A DNA stretch of 64,000 nucleotides, from contig OX597837.1 of the NCBI GenBank assembly GCA_951406725.2, positions 47,182,001 to 47,246,000 of the forward strand, given 5' to 3'. Positions 1 through 14,540 of the stretch are shown here, one piece after another. The stretch is from Octopus vulgaris. Taxonomy: Eukaryota. A program made the translations under genes and the position numbers. How positions within the stretch are numbered: position 1 is the stretch's first letter; each line of letters starts with the position of its first letter. A model generated the notes under the pieces. It ran no database searches. It was given only the letters and a program-made list of their open reading frames with translations, and had not been told where the DNA came from.

Positions 1-69
1 GATGATGACAATATCAAAAAACAAAAATAAAGGAAAGGGATAAAAAGAATTTTGAAGAATGCAAAATAC

Positions 70-172
70 CTGGAGTTTCATTAGTCTCCCCATTTCCATC
101 TATCTTAATTAACAGAGATGCAGAACTACTCAAGTTCAGTACCTGGGTACTGGATACAGCTGGATCTAAAGT
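70..172 (-). CDS. SLC20A: SLC20 coding exon 10 (loop); gene continues beyond window
   Basis: tttatttgcag| TLDPAVSSTQVLNLSSSASLLIKIDGNGETNETP G|GTATTT; phase 0-1; an internal alternative donor CAG|GTACTG at 143 is possible. Confidence 0.68.
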
Positions 173-672
173 CTGCAAATAAAGAAAAGGAAAAAACACC
201 TATATATCTCCTGATTGATTGAAAATCTTTTACCATTTTTCTGTTGAGATGCTCTGAGTTTTTTTCAATTAATTTTAAATGTAACAAAGAATTTAGTAAA
301 ATAATTTAGTTATCATTCAGCTAGTGACTAAGGTTTGGCCAAAGATGTTAACTCAGAACTTTTGAAAACAAGACATTTGTACTACAGAGCCAGAGCCGGT
401 TTCAGCCAGATTGGTATCAAAAGGGTTAAAGGAGAGAAATAAGTGTAGACTCCCTGCTGTTGGCATTTTATTGGAACATTCTCTCAATTACTCTGCTGAA
501 TTGCGTCTAGTTCTCTACATAGTTTTTGGTTCACTGCTCTCCATAAATAATACTACACACACAAGCATACATACAAACACATATATACATGTGCACATGT
601 ATATATCTGTATGTGTGTGTGTGTGTGTGTGTGTGTATATTTTAAATGTACAGAAAACAAAGGTCAAAGACA

Positions 673-940
673 GGTGATGGAACAACAAGCAGATATATTA
701 GTTTGATGCTCAGGAAGGAAGAATGGAAAAGTCTTTGATGTTCCGAGCCTATGCTCTTCATCAGAAAGGGATGAAAAGGAAAAATAGTGTGTCAGGATTA
801 ACAGTGTAACATGAAATGACCAGAAGAAAGAAGTCGAGTGAAGGGGAGATAACAGTGACCCGACTGAACTGGAGTGCACAAGCACTTATGTTTATATAAG
901 AATAGTGCATGTGAGTGTGTATGTGTGAATGGGGGTGAGC
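673..940 (-). mobile_element. Penelope-like pLTR fragment with a decayed minimal hammerhead (733-768)
   Basis: CTTT-CTGATGA-A-GAGC atag GCTC-GGAA-CA-TC-AAAG. Confidence 0.6.
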
Positions 941-1398
941 GGATGTGTATGTATGTGTGGTGAGCTTAAGATTATATGAGCCTGGGTGTGCATATGGGAG
1001 CATGTGCGTAATCCATTCATCTTTGCCCACTATTCGTGGGAGGATTGTAGAGGCAGAGTCCTTTGGGCATCTCCTTCAGATGTTCCCATCAGAAGCAACC
1101 ATCATTAGACTTTCTGGCTTGATTCCCAAGTGTGACATGTTGCAACTATGGATATTATCAAACCATCTTGCTTTTGGTCTACAGCTAAGTCACCTGCTGG
1201 TAAGCTTGGCTTGAAGAATCCATCTTGTGAGTCTTTCCTGTGGCATGCTACTCCCATGTCCATAGTACTGGAACTGGAACTGCTAAATGCAGAGAAGAAG
1301 CAGCTCAACAAGGAGAGATTCCCCAATCTCTGAGCTATACACCTTGTATTATATATATATATATATTTTTTTTTTCTCTCCTTGTTTTTTCTGTGTCC

Positions 1399-1434
1399 CT
1401 TTCTGTAGAAGAGCGTAGGCTCGAAACATAAAAG
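1399..1434 (+). ncRNA. Minimal hammerhead-like motif in a repeat (~1365-1530)
   Basis: CTTT-CTGTAGA-A-GAGC gtag GCTC-GAAA-CA-TA-AAAG. Confidence 0.5.
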
Positions 1435-1524
1435 ACTTTTTCTACTCCTGAGCGTTATACTAATACATCTGTTTGTTTTATACACCACCTGTCTTTGTCT
1501 TTTGTTGTTTTTTTCGTAAACTCT

Positions 1525-1558
<34 letters not shown>

Positions 1559-1564
<6 letters not shown>

Positions 1565-2813
1565 TGGAAACACCTTAAAATTTCAAACAAATTTATTTTA
1601 ATATCGGGTAGGACCACCTTTGGTAGTAATTACAGCTTGAATTCTACGAGGTATGAACTTGTACAAAGTTTGAATTATTTCCAAAGGAAATAATTTAGCT
1701 GAATTCTTCAGCTAAAACAGTCTCCAGTTCTTGTAGTGATGATGGTGGAGGATATCAACTCCTTATATGTTTTTCTAAAATGCACCATTTCAATAATATT
1801 GAGATCTGGGGACTGTGGTGGCCAGATAAGATGTTCAACTTCACTAGAATGTTCCTCGTGCCATTCAGTAACAACTTTAGCTGTGTAAATTGGTACATTA
1901 TCATCCTGAAAGATTGTACTTCCTCCTGGAAACAGTTCCACAACTATAGGGTGGATTTGATCAGATAAAATGCTTAAATAGTCTTGACTATTAATTCTGC
2001 CATGAAGGGAAACCATTGGGCCAGCAGATTTTCAAGATATAGCCCCACTCCACCCCATCACCACAGATCCTCCTCCATGTTTAACAGTTGGAACAGGGCA
2101 GTCTGGGTCAAATGCTTCTTTTGGCTGTCTCCACACATATACTCGGCCGGTGATTGGAAATAAGGTAAAAGATGACTCGTCTGAGAAAATAACATTCTTC
2201 CACTACTCAAGGGACCAATTCTGTAGGTTTTTACTCCACTCTAAACACCTTGCAACGTTTGTTTTTGAAAGTAGTGGTTTTCTGATTGCAGGCCTTCCAT
2301 GAAATCCAGCTTTGTGCAGCTCCTGGGGAACAGTTTTTGTGGAAACTGGGTTCTCATGGTGGTCATTAAGCTGTGCAGTAATTTTGGGAGCTGTACTTTT
2401 GTGATCCTTCCTAACAATTCATGTAAAACTCCGACGGCCCCTATCTGAAAGTTTTGGGTTTCTTCTGGAGTTCTGTTTCAATGAGGAGGTTTTCCTCTCT
2501 CTTTCTCAAAGGCTGTCATAACTTTTGAGACAGTACTTCTTGATACCCCAAACATTTTGGCTGTTTTCTTTATGCTAGTGGCTGCCATACGAGCACCAAC
2601 AATTTTACCTCTTTGAAAGTTCGATAAATCTGTCATTTTAATGAATTTTAATTACCTTTTTCTGATAATATCTGAAAAGAAATAGCAATTTTAGCAAAAT
2701 ATATTAAGCAACACTAATAATAAATGAAAAAACATAAAATAAACAAGCTTCTGATGGTCTTATAGATATTTCAAAATCATGCCGGGTGTTTCCATTATTT
2801 TGTCCAACCCCTG
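1559..2813 (-). mobile_element. Tc1-family DNA transposon, decayed, near full length
   Basis: MTDLSNFQRGKIVGARM N-terminus (~2636), VIFSDESSF, FQDDNVP...WPPQSPDLNIIE; TIR CAGGGGTTGGACAAAATAATGGAAACACC intact on the right, truncated on the left; TA flanks. Confidence 0.9.
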
Positions 2814-3289
2814 TATATATATATATATATACATATATATGCAAACACACACACATATATATATACAAATACTAATTTATAATCAAGGGTAACAAATAGT
2901 ACCAGCATTGCTAGAATTTTACTTTTATGGTTATTTTTATGCTTGCTAGTCACTTATATTATTATTATTTACTAATAATAACATCTTTATATATTTTTTA
3001 TAATTTTACTCACTTCACTCATCTTTTAATTTGCTGCTGCATTCAAATGGCCAATACATTTATGGTAACACGCATATCTTTATAACAGAGTTTGAAATCC
3101 TGTGATATGAGTACATTGGCAAATCTCGTGCGATTTTCACTTACTATTGGTAAGTTGACTTTTCTATTTATTTGTTTCTTTGAATTCACCAGTGTGTATA
3201 AGTGATAAATGTAGCTTTGAGTCGTTTTGACTCTTCTTTCTAGTAATACTGAACTCAAACCCATGTGGTTACAATGTGAGCTTCTTATC

Positions 3290-3636
3290 TATGGCAGCAG
3301 TCCGGATACTTCTTGGTCAGGCCACATCTTGGAAACGCCTGAACCACTCCTACACTTGCGTTTGCAGCTCCTATCCATACACTTTCTGCAACTTTGCATA
3401 TGCCTCTGAGCAAGTATCGCCATGACAACTTTATCTGTCATGGTCAATAGGATGATCACATGCTACACACCTTCCTTCCAAGCACGGCTGTAAACAGTGG
3501 AAACGAGCTAGAACGTTAAAGCTTAATGCACACGCACAGCAGAGTCCAAGGTCAATTTGTGTCAAATGGCTTCACTCTGTGTACTTTAGCTTTATTACTA
3601 TGACGACAGCCCGGATACTTATTGATCAGACCTCGT
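3290..3636 (-). mobile_element. mariner-like non-autonomous element
   Basis: Terminus gtctgatcaataagtatccgg shared with the copy at 22127. Confidence 0.6.
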
Positions 3637-3774
3637 ACACCCTAACATAATATAAACATCCATAGTTATGAGTGTATATTACATTAGGACAATTACATCT
3701 GGACAATTACAGCAATGGTCAAAGAATGAATAAAGAAATAACCAGAAAAATAAACCAAAGTTGCCTCAACTTAC

Positions 3775-3815
3775 ATTAAAATTTCCGTTCTCAGCCAAGC
3801 CACCATTTTCAACAT
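3775..3815 (-). CDS. SLC20A: SLC20 coding exon 9 (41-nt loop exon)
   Basis: tttttttcaacag| (D)VENGGLAENGNFN |GTAAGT; phase 1-0, which bridges exon 8 to exon 10. Confidence 0.72.
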
Positions 3816-3952
3816 CTGTTGAAAAAAAGATAAAATATAGGGGGTTTGCGAACTGGATATATATTTACACACACACATAGAGAGAGAGACAATGATGCAA
3901 ATAAACAGATAAAACTCCTTGGTTTGATGTAGAGTGTATATATATATATATA

Positions 3953-4400
3953 TCATCATCATGGCTTGGCTTCGCGAACAAAGATCAGGAAGGCTGTCCA
4001 CGCTGCGTACAAGTAAGCTCATGACTGACAAGTCCGATATGGGAAAGGCAGGTCCATGAGCAGTGTCCACAGATGAAGGTAACATCCGGTGTGGTGTCAG
4101 AGGCGGCTCGCACCTTCCTCCTGCGTATCTTCTTTGTTCCTCCAACTCGTTGACTGCGTTGAAGATTGTGTGGCACCAGACATCACGGTCCACAGCCAGG
4201 TCTGACCAGCACTGGTGGTTAATATGACATTCCATTAGAGACTTCTTGAGGCAGTCTTTGTAGCGCTTCCTCGGAGCTCCTCTCACTCGGTGGCCGGCGG
4301 AGAGTTCGCCAAACAGGACAATCTTAGGAAGGTGATGGTTCTCCATTCTGGAGACATGCCCTGCCCATTGGAGGTGGGACTTCAGTAGCATGGCTTCAAT
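3953..4400 (-). mobile_element. RTE LINE 3' end
   Basis: IEAMLLKSHLQWAGHVSRM...RGAPRKRYKDCLK; C-terminal FICGHC...HIGLVSH finger; (GAT)n tail. Confidence 0.88.
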
Positions 4401-4446
4401 GTATATATATATGTACATATATATATATGTATATATATATATATGT

Positions 4447-4740
4447 ACAAGGGGGTACCCAAAAGAAACCGTAATTTTGTAATATTAATTTATTCCCTTA
4501 GTTTTACATGTTTATACTTTTATCCCCTTCAAAGTATTCTCCATGTGAAGCAATGCATCAGTCCAGATGCATTTTCCACTGTTTGAAGCAGTCCTGGAAC
4601 TCTTGCAAAGTGATACCTTTTAATGTCCCCATCGTTTTTTTCTTCACCTCTTCCACATCAGCAAAATGTTTTCCTTTAATGACTTTTCTCATCCAGAAGA
4701 ACAAAAAAAGGTTGCAGGGAACAAGACTGGGTGAAAAAGG
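4447..4740 (-). mobile_element. mariner transposase 3' fragment with TIR
   Basis: KGKHFADVEEVKKKT...FQDCFKQWK and CIASHGEYFEGD; TA-flanked end. Confidence 0.8.
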
Positions 4741-4809
4741 AAATCCAAAATGTTTCCCTTTTACAAATGTCCATGGGATGATACACAATGCCGAAAAGCA
4801 ATGGAACTG

Positions 4810-5077
4810 TATTTCATCAAAAATTCTCTCCAAAATTGAATGTTTGGAAGAAAAGCGGAGACAGAAGATTTTGTAGATGTTATATGAATGTTCTCTCATG
4901 CAAAAGACATTGAAAGAACCGAGATCAAAGTTACACAGTATGAACATGGACAGGTTCCCAAGCCAACACACAGACATTTCTTCATCAAAGGATTCTCTCC
5001 AAAATTGAATGTTTGAAGGTAAAGTGGAGAATTTGCATTTTTTATTCCAAATGTGGCTCATCTCTATAAATGTTCAG

Positions 5078-5119
<42 letters not shown>

Positions 5120-5290
5120 AGCATTGGGATGCTCCAGCTTTACAGATATATATTTATTCATTTTATTTGTTTTATTTTTAAAATTGTTAATTTGCAAATA
5201 TACTAAAGTTTTTTATGCAGGACTACATTTCATCAAAAAATTCCCTCCAAAATTGAATGTTTGGCAGGGGTCAGTACATTTTGTATTCTA
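4810..5290. repeat. Three local copies of a ~60-80 bp unit
   Basis: ttcatcaaa..ttctctccaaaattgaatgtttg recurs at ~4812, ~4981 and ~5229. Confidence 0.6.
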
Positions 5291-6855
5291 AATGTAGATC
5301 AAAGGGGAGAAAAAGAAAGCAAAATGACTTTCAGTGATGACCAAACAACACATGTTTTTTTTTTGTTTGAAGAGGTCACCATCCTTAAACCCATTCCAAT
5401 ACAATGGTAAAGGACTAAATAAATGAATGGTGAATAGGAAGGGGGATACCTACCTACCTATTTATCTATCTATCCATCCATCCATCTTCATTGTCATGAA
5501 ACCTCACCCAAACACCAAAAACAATGTTCTTTTCTAAACAAAACCTCCCAAAAACATCTGTTTTTATATATAAATGAACAAGCTGTTTGTATATTCACAG
5601 AATTTTATTTGACAAGTTCAAAAAAGGAACAAAAGCTCTAATAATAATAAAGAAAAAAAAAAGATTTTTATCCAATATATATATATGTATAAATATTTAT
5701 GTATATCTATATCTATCTATCTGTATATATATATATAGAGAGAGAGATAGATATAGATATACATAAATCATCATCATTTAGCGTCCGCTTTCCATGCTAG
5801 CATATACATATATTTATGTATATATGCATATATATATTTATGGTGCAGCCATCTGTTTGCCAGCCCTCAGTCATTCAGCGGACGTTAAACGATGATGATG
5901 ATGATGATGATGATGACTAGTCATGGAAGATTGGAAACAAATGACACCATTTGCATAACGGTGACATATTTTGACAACTACCATGTAATATCAAGTCAAG
6001 AAGATAGTAAAGGACACACAGACACACACAAAATACTGAAGATTACGGAAACCATAAATGGGTGACAAGTACTAAGAACACAGACATATTGTACAACAGC
6101 TGAAAACCATCTGCAATGGATGGTAGGCCTGCCAGATCCCTTGATTTCAGTCTACTGTACTTTCTCAGTGGCAGCTAGCAGTTCTGGCATCCATTCCAGT
6201 TGATTCTCATCTGTTACTATACATTTCTGTACTCTTAGCACCATACATCATCATCATCATCATCATCGTTTAACGTCCACTTTCCATTCTAGCACGGGTT
6301 GGACGGTTCGACCAGGGTCTGGGAAGCCAGGAGGCTGCACCAGGCCCAGTCTGATCTGGCAGTGTTTCTACAGCTGGATGCCCTTCCTAATGCCAACCAC
6401 TCTGTGATTGTAGTGGGTGCTTTTTACATGCTAGGGGAGGCTGGCTGTGGCCACGGTCGGTTGGTACTTTTTACGTGCCACCGGTACGGAAGGCAGTCAA
6501 GGCGGCGCTGGCATCGGCCACATATGGATGGTGCATTTTACGTGCCACAGACACAGGTATCACATACGTCTATATGAAAAGACTTGTCAAGGTAAACACC
6601 ACAGTATTTGACATTCTAATCATACATCAATGTTGAGCAGGATTTAAAGATTGCCATTCAGAAGCAATGCTGCTCCCATCACTAATATTTATTTCATAAA
6701 TGTCTGTTAGTGATGCCAGCATTTATCACTGCATTGTCAGATCCTGATGTGAATGATTTCTTTTTGATTTATTCCAAAAGAAATGAAGAATAAATAGGAG
6801 ATACCCACCAATGATAACTGATTTGGCAGCTCCTGATGGGAAATGTAATTCTTAC

Positions 6856-6945
6856 CTGATTTAATTGTGACACCATTTGCATTTTCTGTGCGATCTGGAT
6901 CAGGTATATATGATACACAGTTGAGCTTGTCTTCGCCTGCATGAA
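6856..6945 (-). CDS. SLC20A: SLC20 coding exon 8 (loop)
   Basis: ttttatttcag| HAGEDKLNCVSYIPDPDRTENANGVTIKS |GTAAGA; 90 nt, phase 1-1. Confidence 0.78.
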
Positions 6946-9011
6946 CTGAAATAAAAATAACAGAAATAGGAAAATGCAAGTGAAATTAGCTTAGAATACA
7001 AGTGAACATAAAATCATCTTCTCTGGTACTTATTCTATTGGTCTTTGATGCTAAACTGCTACAGGGACATAAACAAACCAACACCAGTTATCAAGCAGGG
7101 TGAGAACAAACACAAACACACACAGACACCAAATTCACCCACAAGATGGGGCTAACATAGAAAACATCTGTCCAAGGTGTTGTGCAGTGGGACTGAACCT
7201 GAAGCCATGAGCTTGCAAAGTGAGCTTCTTAACCAAACAGCCATGCTTAATTTCTAAGACTAGCACAAGGTCCAAGAATTTAACAGGGAGTACCAACTTT
7301 GGTACTTCACAGAAAGATGGAAGAAGACAAAGTCAACCCTGACAAAATTTGAACTCAGGGTTATAATTAAATACCACAAAGCATTTTGTCCAACACTCCA
7401 TGGACAATGCCACCCACTGCCCTCAGCTATAAAGATATCAAACTTAAGGGCCAGATCAAGAGAGATGACCTTAGTATACAAATGGTACTTTATTCTAGTC
7501 TCCCAAAATATGAAAGATGTCACATAAGCAACATTTGCTCTAGTAAAGGGATGTGGACATAACACAAGAAGGCATGGCATCTCTTCAGGCACTCGATTAA
7601 TCATTGTCAGTCTTCAAGTACTATGAGTGGTGAATGACGCCATCCTCATAATAACTGTCTGCCTTACACATAATAAAGCATGGCTGTGTGGTTAAAAGGT
7701 TTGCTTCTCAACCTTTTAGTCTTGGGTTCAAATAATAGAGGTGGGTAGTGAAAATGAATGCTTGGGAGAGACATTAGTGTTGAATGAGTTGTGTAATTTG
7801 TTTTCTGCGTAAACAGCTATTTTCATTCTCTTCATTCCACATCACTTCATACAGGTTGCTGACAAAAGCTACACGTTTTGTACCCGTATCACTCTAAAGA
7901 AACTGTGGTAATGTGTGTGGGCATATATCTGGTTTTGTTAGGTGAAAGGAGAGGTTGGTCTCACTATACAGAATTATTCTACTTGGTTTAACTGTTTGCA
8001 TACCAACCCAACCAAGACTATGGCTAATTCTGACACTAAACACTTCAACAAAACTTTACGTCAAATCATCCTGTTATGCTTCAAAACACCTGATTTATGA
8101 GAAAATTTATAATTTTATTGAATCACCCTTTAGATTTATGAGAAGTAAAGCATTGTCCCTGAATCCGTATCAGGTTTCTAAGACATGTTAGGCTTCCTCT
8201 AACTGGAGACCTGACCTAAATGCTTGCAACAGAGTGAACTCTGCTAAAGGTTTTACAGAGTTGCACCAGGAGCAACCATCATTAGTTTCTCTGGCTGGTT
8301 TCCTAAGTGTGACCAGCTGAGGCTATGAACATCATCCAACTGCCAGGAGATGTTGACCAAGAGGCTTACCTCTAAGTCTCCCATCAGTTGGCTTGACTTT
8401 AAGAACTTGTCTTGCATTTTTCCCTGTGACATTCTAATCCCATGTCCAACCTGGGGAAACTCCCTGATCTCCAAGCTATGCACCCTGTTGTGTAATATTG
8501 AAGAATTAAATAGTTACAGGTTACGATAGTACATAGAGTTACAGGGTTAGATGAGTGAATGAATGAATGAGACGATTAAAAGATGAGAGAGAAATTCTTA
8601 GCACATCGCAAAACAACAGTGAATCAAGCGACGTGAAAGTCTAACATGTGCTATGTAATATATGCATCATAACCCTCCCAAGAATGGTGGGTGGAGAAAA
8701 TGGATGGAATAAGATGATGCAGAGTTAAAGAAAATAATAAGAGATTCATATTAAAAAAAAAAAAATAAATAATTTAATAAAATAAAAGAACAAGTTTTTC
8801 AAAACAATTTGGCACTTGTGTAACACTGGGTATTATTTGCCAGATATAAATAACACATCATGAAGATCAATAACAACAACAGAAAAAGAAAACAAAAAAA
8901 AGTTAATATAAACAAAATAAAAACTACAAACTAATATAATTTTAAAAGAAATACAATTTCATTACAGACCAGAAAGAAAAAAATTAAAATTGAGACTGTA
9001 AGTGATTAGTA

Positions 9012-9150
<139 letters not shown>

Positions 9151-9293
9151 GTTGTAGTGTTGCAGTCTACTTTTCACATTTACAGATGTTGAAAAACACA
9201 AAACTTAGCATCCTTCTCACCTGACCCCCATAAAAATTAAAGAAAACCATGCAAACACAAACTGGCAATTCCTTACCCATGCACCCACATTAC

Positions 9294-9333
<40 letters not shown>

Positions 9334-9937
9334 GTTATCATATCAATCTGACACTACCAATAATAACTAAGACTTTGGATTATTTTATGCATTATTGGTA
9401 AAAACTGGTGTTAAACTAGGTTTCTTCTTCTTCTTCTTCTTCTCAACTGCTGTTTGACCCTTGAGTGTGAAGAAGAAAAATCAATAAAAGAAAAAGAAAA
9501 AGAAAAAACAAAACAAAATAAATACACAGAGAGACTCTTCCTGTCTTTTTGCGTTTCAAAGTCTTGAAAAATACAAAGTATGAAAAACTGACAAAAAATT
9601 CTCTTTTCGAATAGATTCTGGGAAACTGTCAATATAATTAGCAGTACATCTCTATCACTGTTTGTCCGTCCCCCTAAAAGGAGGTAACTCTCATTATATT
9701 CTCCCTTTCTTATTATACACCATAAACACAAGGCACAGCTGTACGGCTAAAAAACTCATTTTGCAACCATGTGGTTTTGGGTTCAGTCCCACTGCACAAC
9801 ACATGTATACACACACATCTATTTATGTATGTGTGTGTCTTTATGCTTGCGTTTTGACACCCACCATTGCTTGACAAAAGTCATTGATTTGTTTACATTC
9901 TTGTAACTTAGTGGTTTGGCAAAAAAGACGAATAGAA

Positions 9938-10150
9938 TCTCAATATATATAAACCGCAAAATGTCTGTCTGTGTGTGTGTCCTTTATACAAATCCACAAT
10001 TTTTCAGTTAGAGGGCTCACATTTTCTATGGTCATTCAAAACCATCCAAGGGTGGTCGTGCACATCTTTACATTTCCCCAGTCACCCCGCAAAGCCATTA
10101 AAAAATCAATAGAAGTGATTTTTTTGTGAATTTTCTATCCAAGACCCAAT
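9938..10150 (+). mobile_element. Helitron-like 5' fragment inserted in a SINE
   Basis: A|TC-TCAATATATATAAA...tgtctgtctgtgtg start interrupts the SINE at aatagaa|t. Confidence 0.5.
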
Positions 10151-10896
10151 CAAAATGTTGGGCTTCATGGAGGCAATGACCAAGCCCTTTGGCATTATGT
10201 TGTGCTTGAGAAGAGGACCCATCAAGCCGAGCAAAATCGCAGTTGTGGCAGATATTGGTGTCAAGCAAATGGCACGTAAAAGCATCCATTACACTCTCGG
10301 AGTGGTTGGCATTAGGAAGGGCATCAAGCCATAGAAAACCATGCCAAATCAGACTGGAGTCTGGTGCAGCCCTCCAGCCGTGCCAGCCCTGGTCAAACCG
10401 TCCAACCAATGCCAATATGGACAATGGATGTTAAATGATGATGATGTAAAGTCTTTATACATCTAATTCATACACACACACACACACACATGACCTCAAT
10501 GATTTAGATTACAGAGGGTTTAGTTAAAAGCTAGGGAGACTTGGCCGCTGTTGTATAAATTCGTTAAATTACCTAATTTCATTGTCATTATCATCTTCAT
10601 TATTATTACTGTTTTATAATGTTTATATTGTTTTAGGTCAAATATTTAGATCTATTTGCTACTAGATACTATTTGTGTATCTGGTACTAGATACAAACTA
10701 TATGAAACTGTTCCAACTAAGAGGCAGCTGTAAGAACAGAACCAGGGGGCTTCCAGTGTGTATATATTTGTGTCTGTTATATAAAGTTTTGAAAAGAAAA
10801 GGAAATTAATGGAACTGGGACAACTAAATTTGTTATCTAAATTAAGCAGAGGGAGGAGGAGGAAGAGGAGGAGGAGGAGGAGAGGTGGGCGCTCAC

Positions 10897-10989
10897 TCTC
10901 TATTTCAGGCACATTGTCAGGAAGTTTTTCATAGAGGCTTTCAGCAGAGTTCTCTGGTGTCCGAACACTGTGCATTTTCTGACATTTAG
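10897..10989 (-). CDS. SLC20A: SLC20 coding exon 7 (cytoplasmic loop)
   Basis: ttctcttttag| (A)KCQKMHSVRTPENSAESLYEKLPDNVPEIE |GTGAGC; 93 nt, phase 1-1. Confidence 0.8.
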
Positions 10990-11729
10990 CTAAAAGAGAA
11001 ACACAAGGCAAAAAGGAAAAGGGAAAAAAGATAAAATGTAAGAAATTATAAACAAAATACAGAACAACTGTACACGATTATCATAAATTTCTCTCTAGTG
11101 ATTCATAGCTGCCATGATTTTGATTTTTTAAGCAAAATTTCTTTTTTTTTCTGTTTTCTTTATTCAAACATGGTCGTGTGGTTAAGAAATTTATTTCAAA
11201 ACCATTGGGTTGGCAGATAAATTCATTTTTCTTTTCTTCTTCCATTTATTTTAATTCTCATTTTTCATGAACAATTTGATGCCAGAAATCACCAAGTCTT
11301 GACTGGTTTGTAAAAACTGTTGACAAAAAAATAAAGATCCAAATAAATGGAAAAAACCGAATGAATGAATTTACCTTCCAACCGAAGATGTTATTCTGGG
11401 TTTGATTGCAATGTATGATGCTTGAAGTGTCTCCTACCATAACTTTAGATCAAGAAGGATCTTGTGGGTGAAATTTGGTAGAAAGATACTGTGCTAAAAG
11501 TAGCAACCAAACCTGTCATGCCATACCATATTAAAAACAGCAAAGATCCATTCGATGGATGTAGCCTCTGTATGATTATGTTTGGAAAAGCAGGACAGTC
11601 ATGGTTGGAACACTTTTGAACATCTGCTAAACAAGGACATCAACAACAACAAAAAATGGAGGAGACTTTAAAAAATATATCTAAGATCCATTTGCTATTT
11701 ATTTCCAACTGTAGTAAATCATGTGTGCA

Positions 11730-11764
<35 letters not shown>

Positions 11765-12361
11765 TTGTGTTTGTATGCACATATGCGTCAGTTCAGAAAT
11801 CCTCTTGATATCCCAACACAACAAATTCTTTAACTCATCCTCTTGATACCAAGATCACACTACGTTTCCATTCAAAACTGTCCTCCAGTTGTTTTCAATA
11901 GACCATTAGTAACAACTTCAGTAAAGCTTCATTATTTGTCCTTTATAAAAATAAATTTGCTTTCTTTTTCAGACCACCTTGTTCTATAATCTTTCAATTG
12001 TTTTGTTCTAATACTGGCTGCAAATTTTTTTTTTGTGAAATATGTAGAAAAATAGAAAGATTACGATTCTGAAAAAATTAAATTCAAATTTGTGGTTATT
12101 TTTTCCATATTCTTAATCTCCATATTTTCCCACGTAGATTGATGAATAAAAGAAAAATTCAAAAAAAGTTAAGAAACAAAAAAAAAAAAACCCCACTTTA
12201 ATTTCAGGTGAATAACTTCGTCATATTACTAGGGAAAATTACTCTGAAGGAAATCTTTGCAGAAAGGTGAGTGGATTGATTACATTATGTTATCGCAGTT
12301 TTGTGAGATTTGGCTGTTATTTCTAGCATGTGAATAACCTGCTTGAAGGCCTGAGGGTATA

Positions 12362-12735
12362 CTCTTTTACTTGTTTCAGTCATTTGACTGTGGCCATGCT
12401 GGAGCACCGCCTTTAGTCGAGCAAATTGACCCCGGGACTTATTCTTTGTAAGCCTAGTACTTATTCTATTGGTCTCTTTTGCCAAACTGCTAAGTTATGT
12501 GGATGTAAACACACCAGCATCGATTGTCAAGCGATGTTGGGGAGACAAACACAGACACACATACATATATACGGCAGGCTTCTTTCAGTTTCCGTCTACC
12601 AAATCCACTCACAAGGCTTTGGTTGGCCCGAGGCTATAGTAGAAGACATTTGCCCAAGATGCAACACAGTAGGACTGAACCTGGAACCATGTGGTTTGTA
12701 AGCAAGCTACTTACCACACAGCCACTCCTGTGCCT
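12362..12735 (-). mobile_element. tRNA-derived SINE, full length
   Basis: A box ggctgtgtggtaag, B box ggttcagtcc; further copies near 7030, 9730, 24850, 30535, 32180, 36805, 52850, 58780. Confidence 0.85.
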
Positions 12736-14349
12736 ATAAATATATTTTTTTTATTTTGTTGAAAAATTTAAATTTTCAGAAACATAATCTTCAGAAACAT
12801 AATCTTCGTATTTTTCTACGTATTTCGCAGAAATACATTTATATATACATGTTACACGTAGATATGAGAGAAAGAGAGATGGATAAATAGATAAATAGAT
12901 CGAAAAAAAGATGAACAGATGGATAGCTAGCTAGATATATATAGAGAGACAGGCAGTCAAATAAATATACAGACAGACAACTAGATAAATAGCTGGACAG
13001 ACAGACAGACGAGTAAAGGACAAATAGAAATATATAAATTGCCAACCAGACAGAGAGAGATGAATGGATAAGCAGATAAAGAGGAAGACACGTCAATAAA
13101 CAGAAAGAGAAAAAAAAGATATATGAATTAATAAATCAGAATGCAAAAAAAAATATGCATGCTTGCAGGACAAACAAATGCATGGTGCAATAAAGTGCAA
13201 AACAGAAACTTTTTTGTTTTGTTTTAGTCCCAATTAAAACATGCTAAAAAATGTTATATTTAATAAACATAATCAAAAATAAAAGCAGAAATGATAGAAT
13301 AGGATATGCATGTGCAATGCATGAGTAAAAATGTGTTTGAATGAGAACGCACATGGAATAAGTACACATGAATGTATGTGTATGTGGTGCATATACATAC
13401 CATGTGTATGTGTAAATCAGTACACACACGTGTCAGCATGGGTATATATGCAAGTCTGTGCATATGAATGTGAATGTATAGAATTACAAGAATAAAGGAC
13501 TCTCTCACATGGACACACAGACACTGAGAAAGGCGGGAGTAAACCAGTGTGAATACCTATTGAATTGCTTGCAAGCATGTCACCCAGCTGTCCCTTCCAA
13601 TTCAAAAGGGGACAAGGAAAGTGTGTAGAGCAGGTAATGGTGGGGGGGCAGGTAGGAGTTTCAATTAGCTGATAAGGTGTTTCAATTAGCTGAAAGCAGC
13701 TGGTCTGTATCTATTTTCAGGTCAATACTTAAGAAACCGACCTGATTAAGACTTTATTCGGAGGGAAACCCCTTTTGTTCCCCTATTTTTGTAGAGACCA
13801 GATCTGATCTGTATTTTAACTTCAGTGAGCTTCTTCTTCTTCATCATCATCATCATCATCATCAACATCATCAACATTTAATGTCCAAGGCTTTGAAATA
13901 AAACCTAAAAGTCACACACGGATAAATTTTTCACTATAGACCTTAATGGATAGACTAAAAAAGGTCTTCCTAGAGAAAACTGTCCCTGTTCCCACTGCAG
14001 ACTGCACACACACAGAGCATTACAAACACAGTCAGCACACCCACCTTCACATTCCATGACCACCACTGGGATCGATCAAGTACCGGACAAGGATTCTGGA
14101 TTATTTTACCGGTTTTTTAAAAATGAATTTTTGAGAGCGGTTGGGTTCCTTTTTAGTATTCTCATTATAAAAATCCTCTCTGGCTAACTGTTGAGAGGAC
14201 ATTGGTGTTGCCTTGACAGGGGTTTGTGCTGTTTGAGTGCTTGTTTTAATTATTATAAGCTGTCTTCTGGCTCAAGGAACTTTAGGTTCAAATCCACTCA
14301 AGGTGTTTCATTGTATTTCTCAACAAAACATTTGTTTATTTTATATTAT

Positions 14350-14540
14350 CTTAGTTGCTGCCCAGTTGGCTCCGTGCAAGTCCAGAGCCAAACTCTTTGC
14401 CTTCATTCCTAGCAGACCACCAATGTACAACCTGCAGCAGAACATTCCAAGCACTCATCGGACCGATTGGCAAAAGCTGGATGCACCAAGACCCGTCTTT
14501 TTCTCTCATCTGATGTCCTTGGTCATCGTTGACAATGACA
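14350..14540 (+). mobile_element. RTE LINE extreme 3' end
   Basis: HQCTTCSRTFQALIG...MH C2H2-like terminus. Confidence 0.6.

Noticed and set aside
3771-4418. 215-aa ORF as a host gene
   Set aside because: Chimera of an RTE fragment, (TA)n and intron; it overlaps exon 9 in another frame
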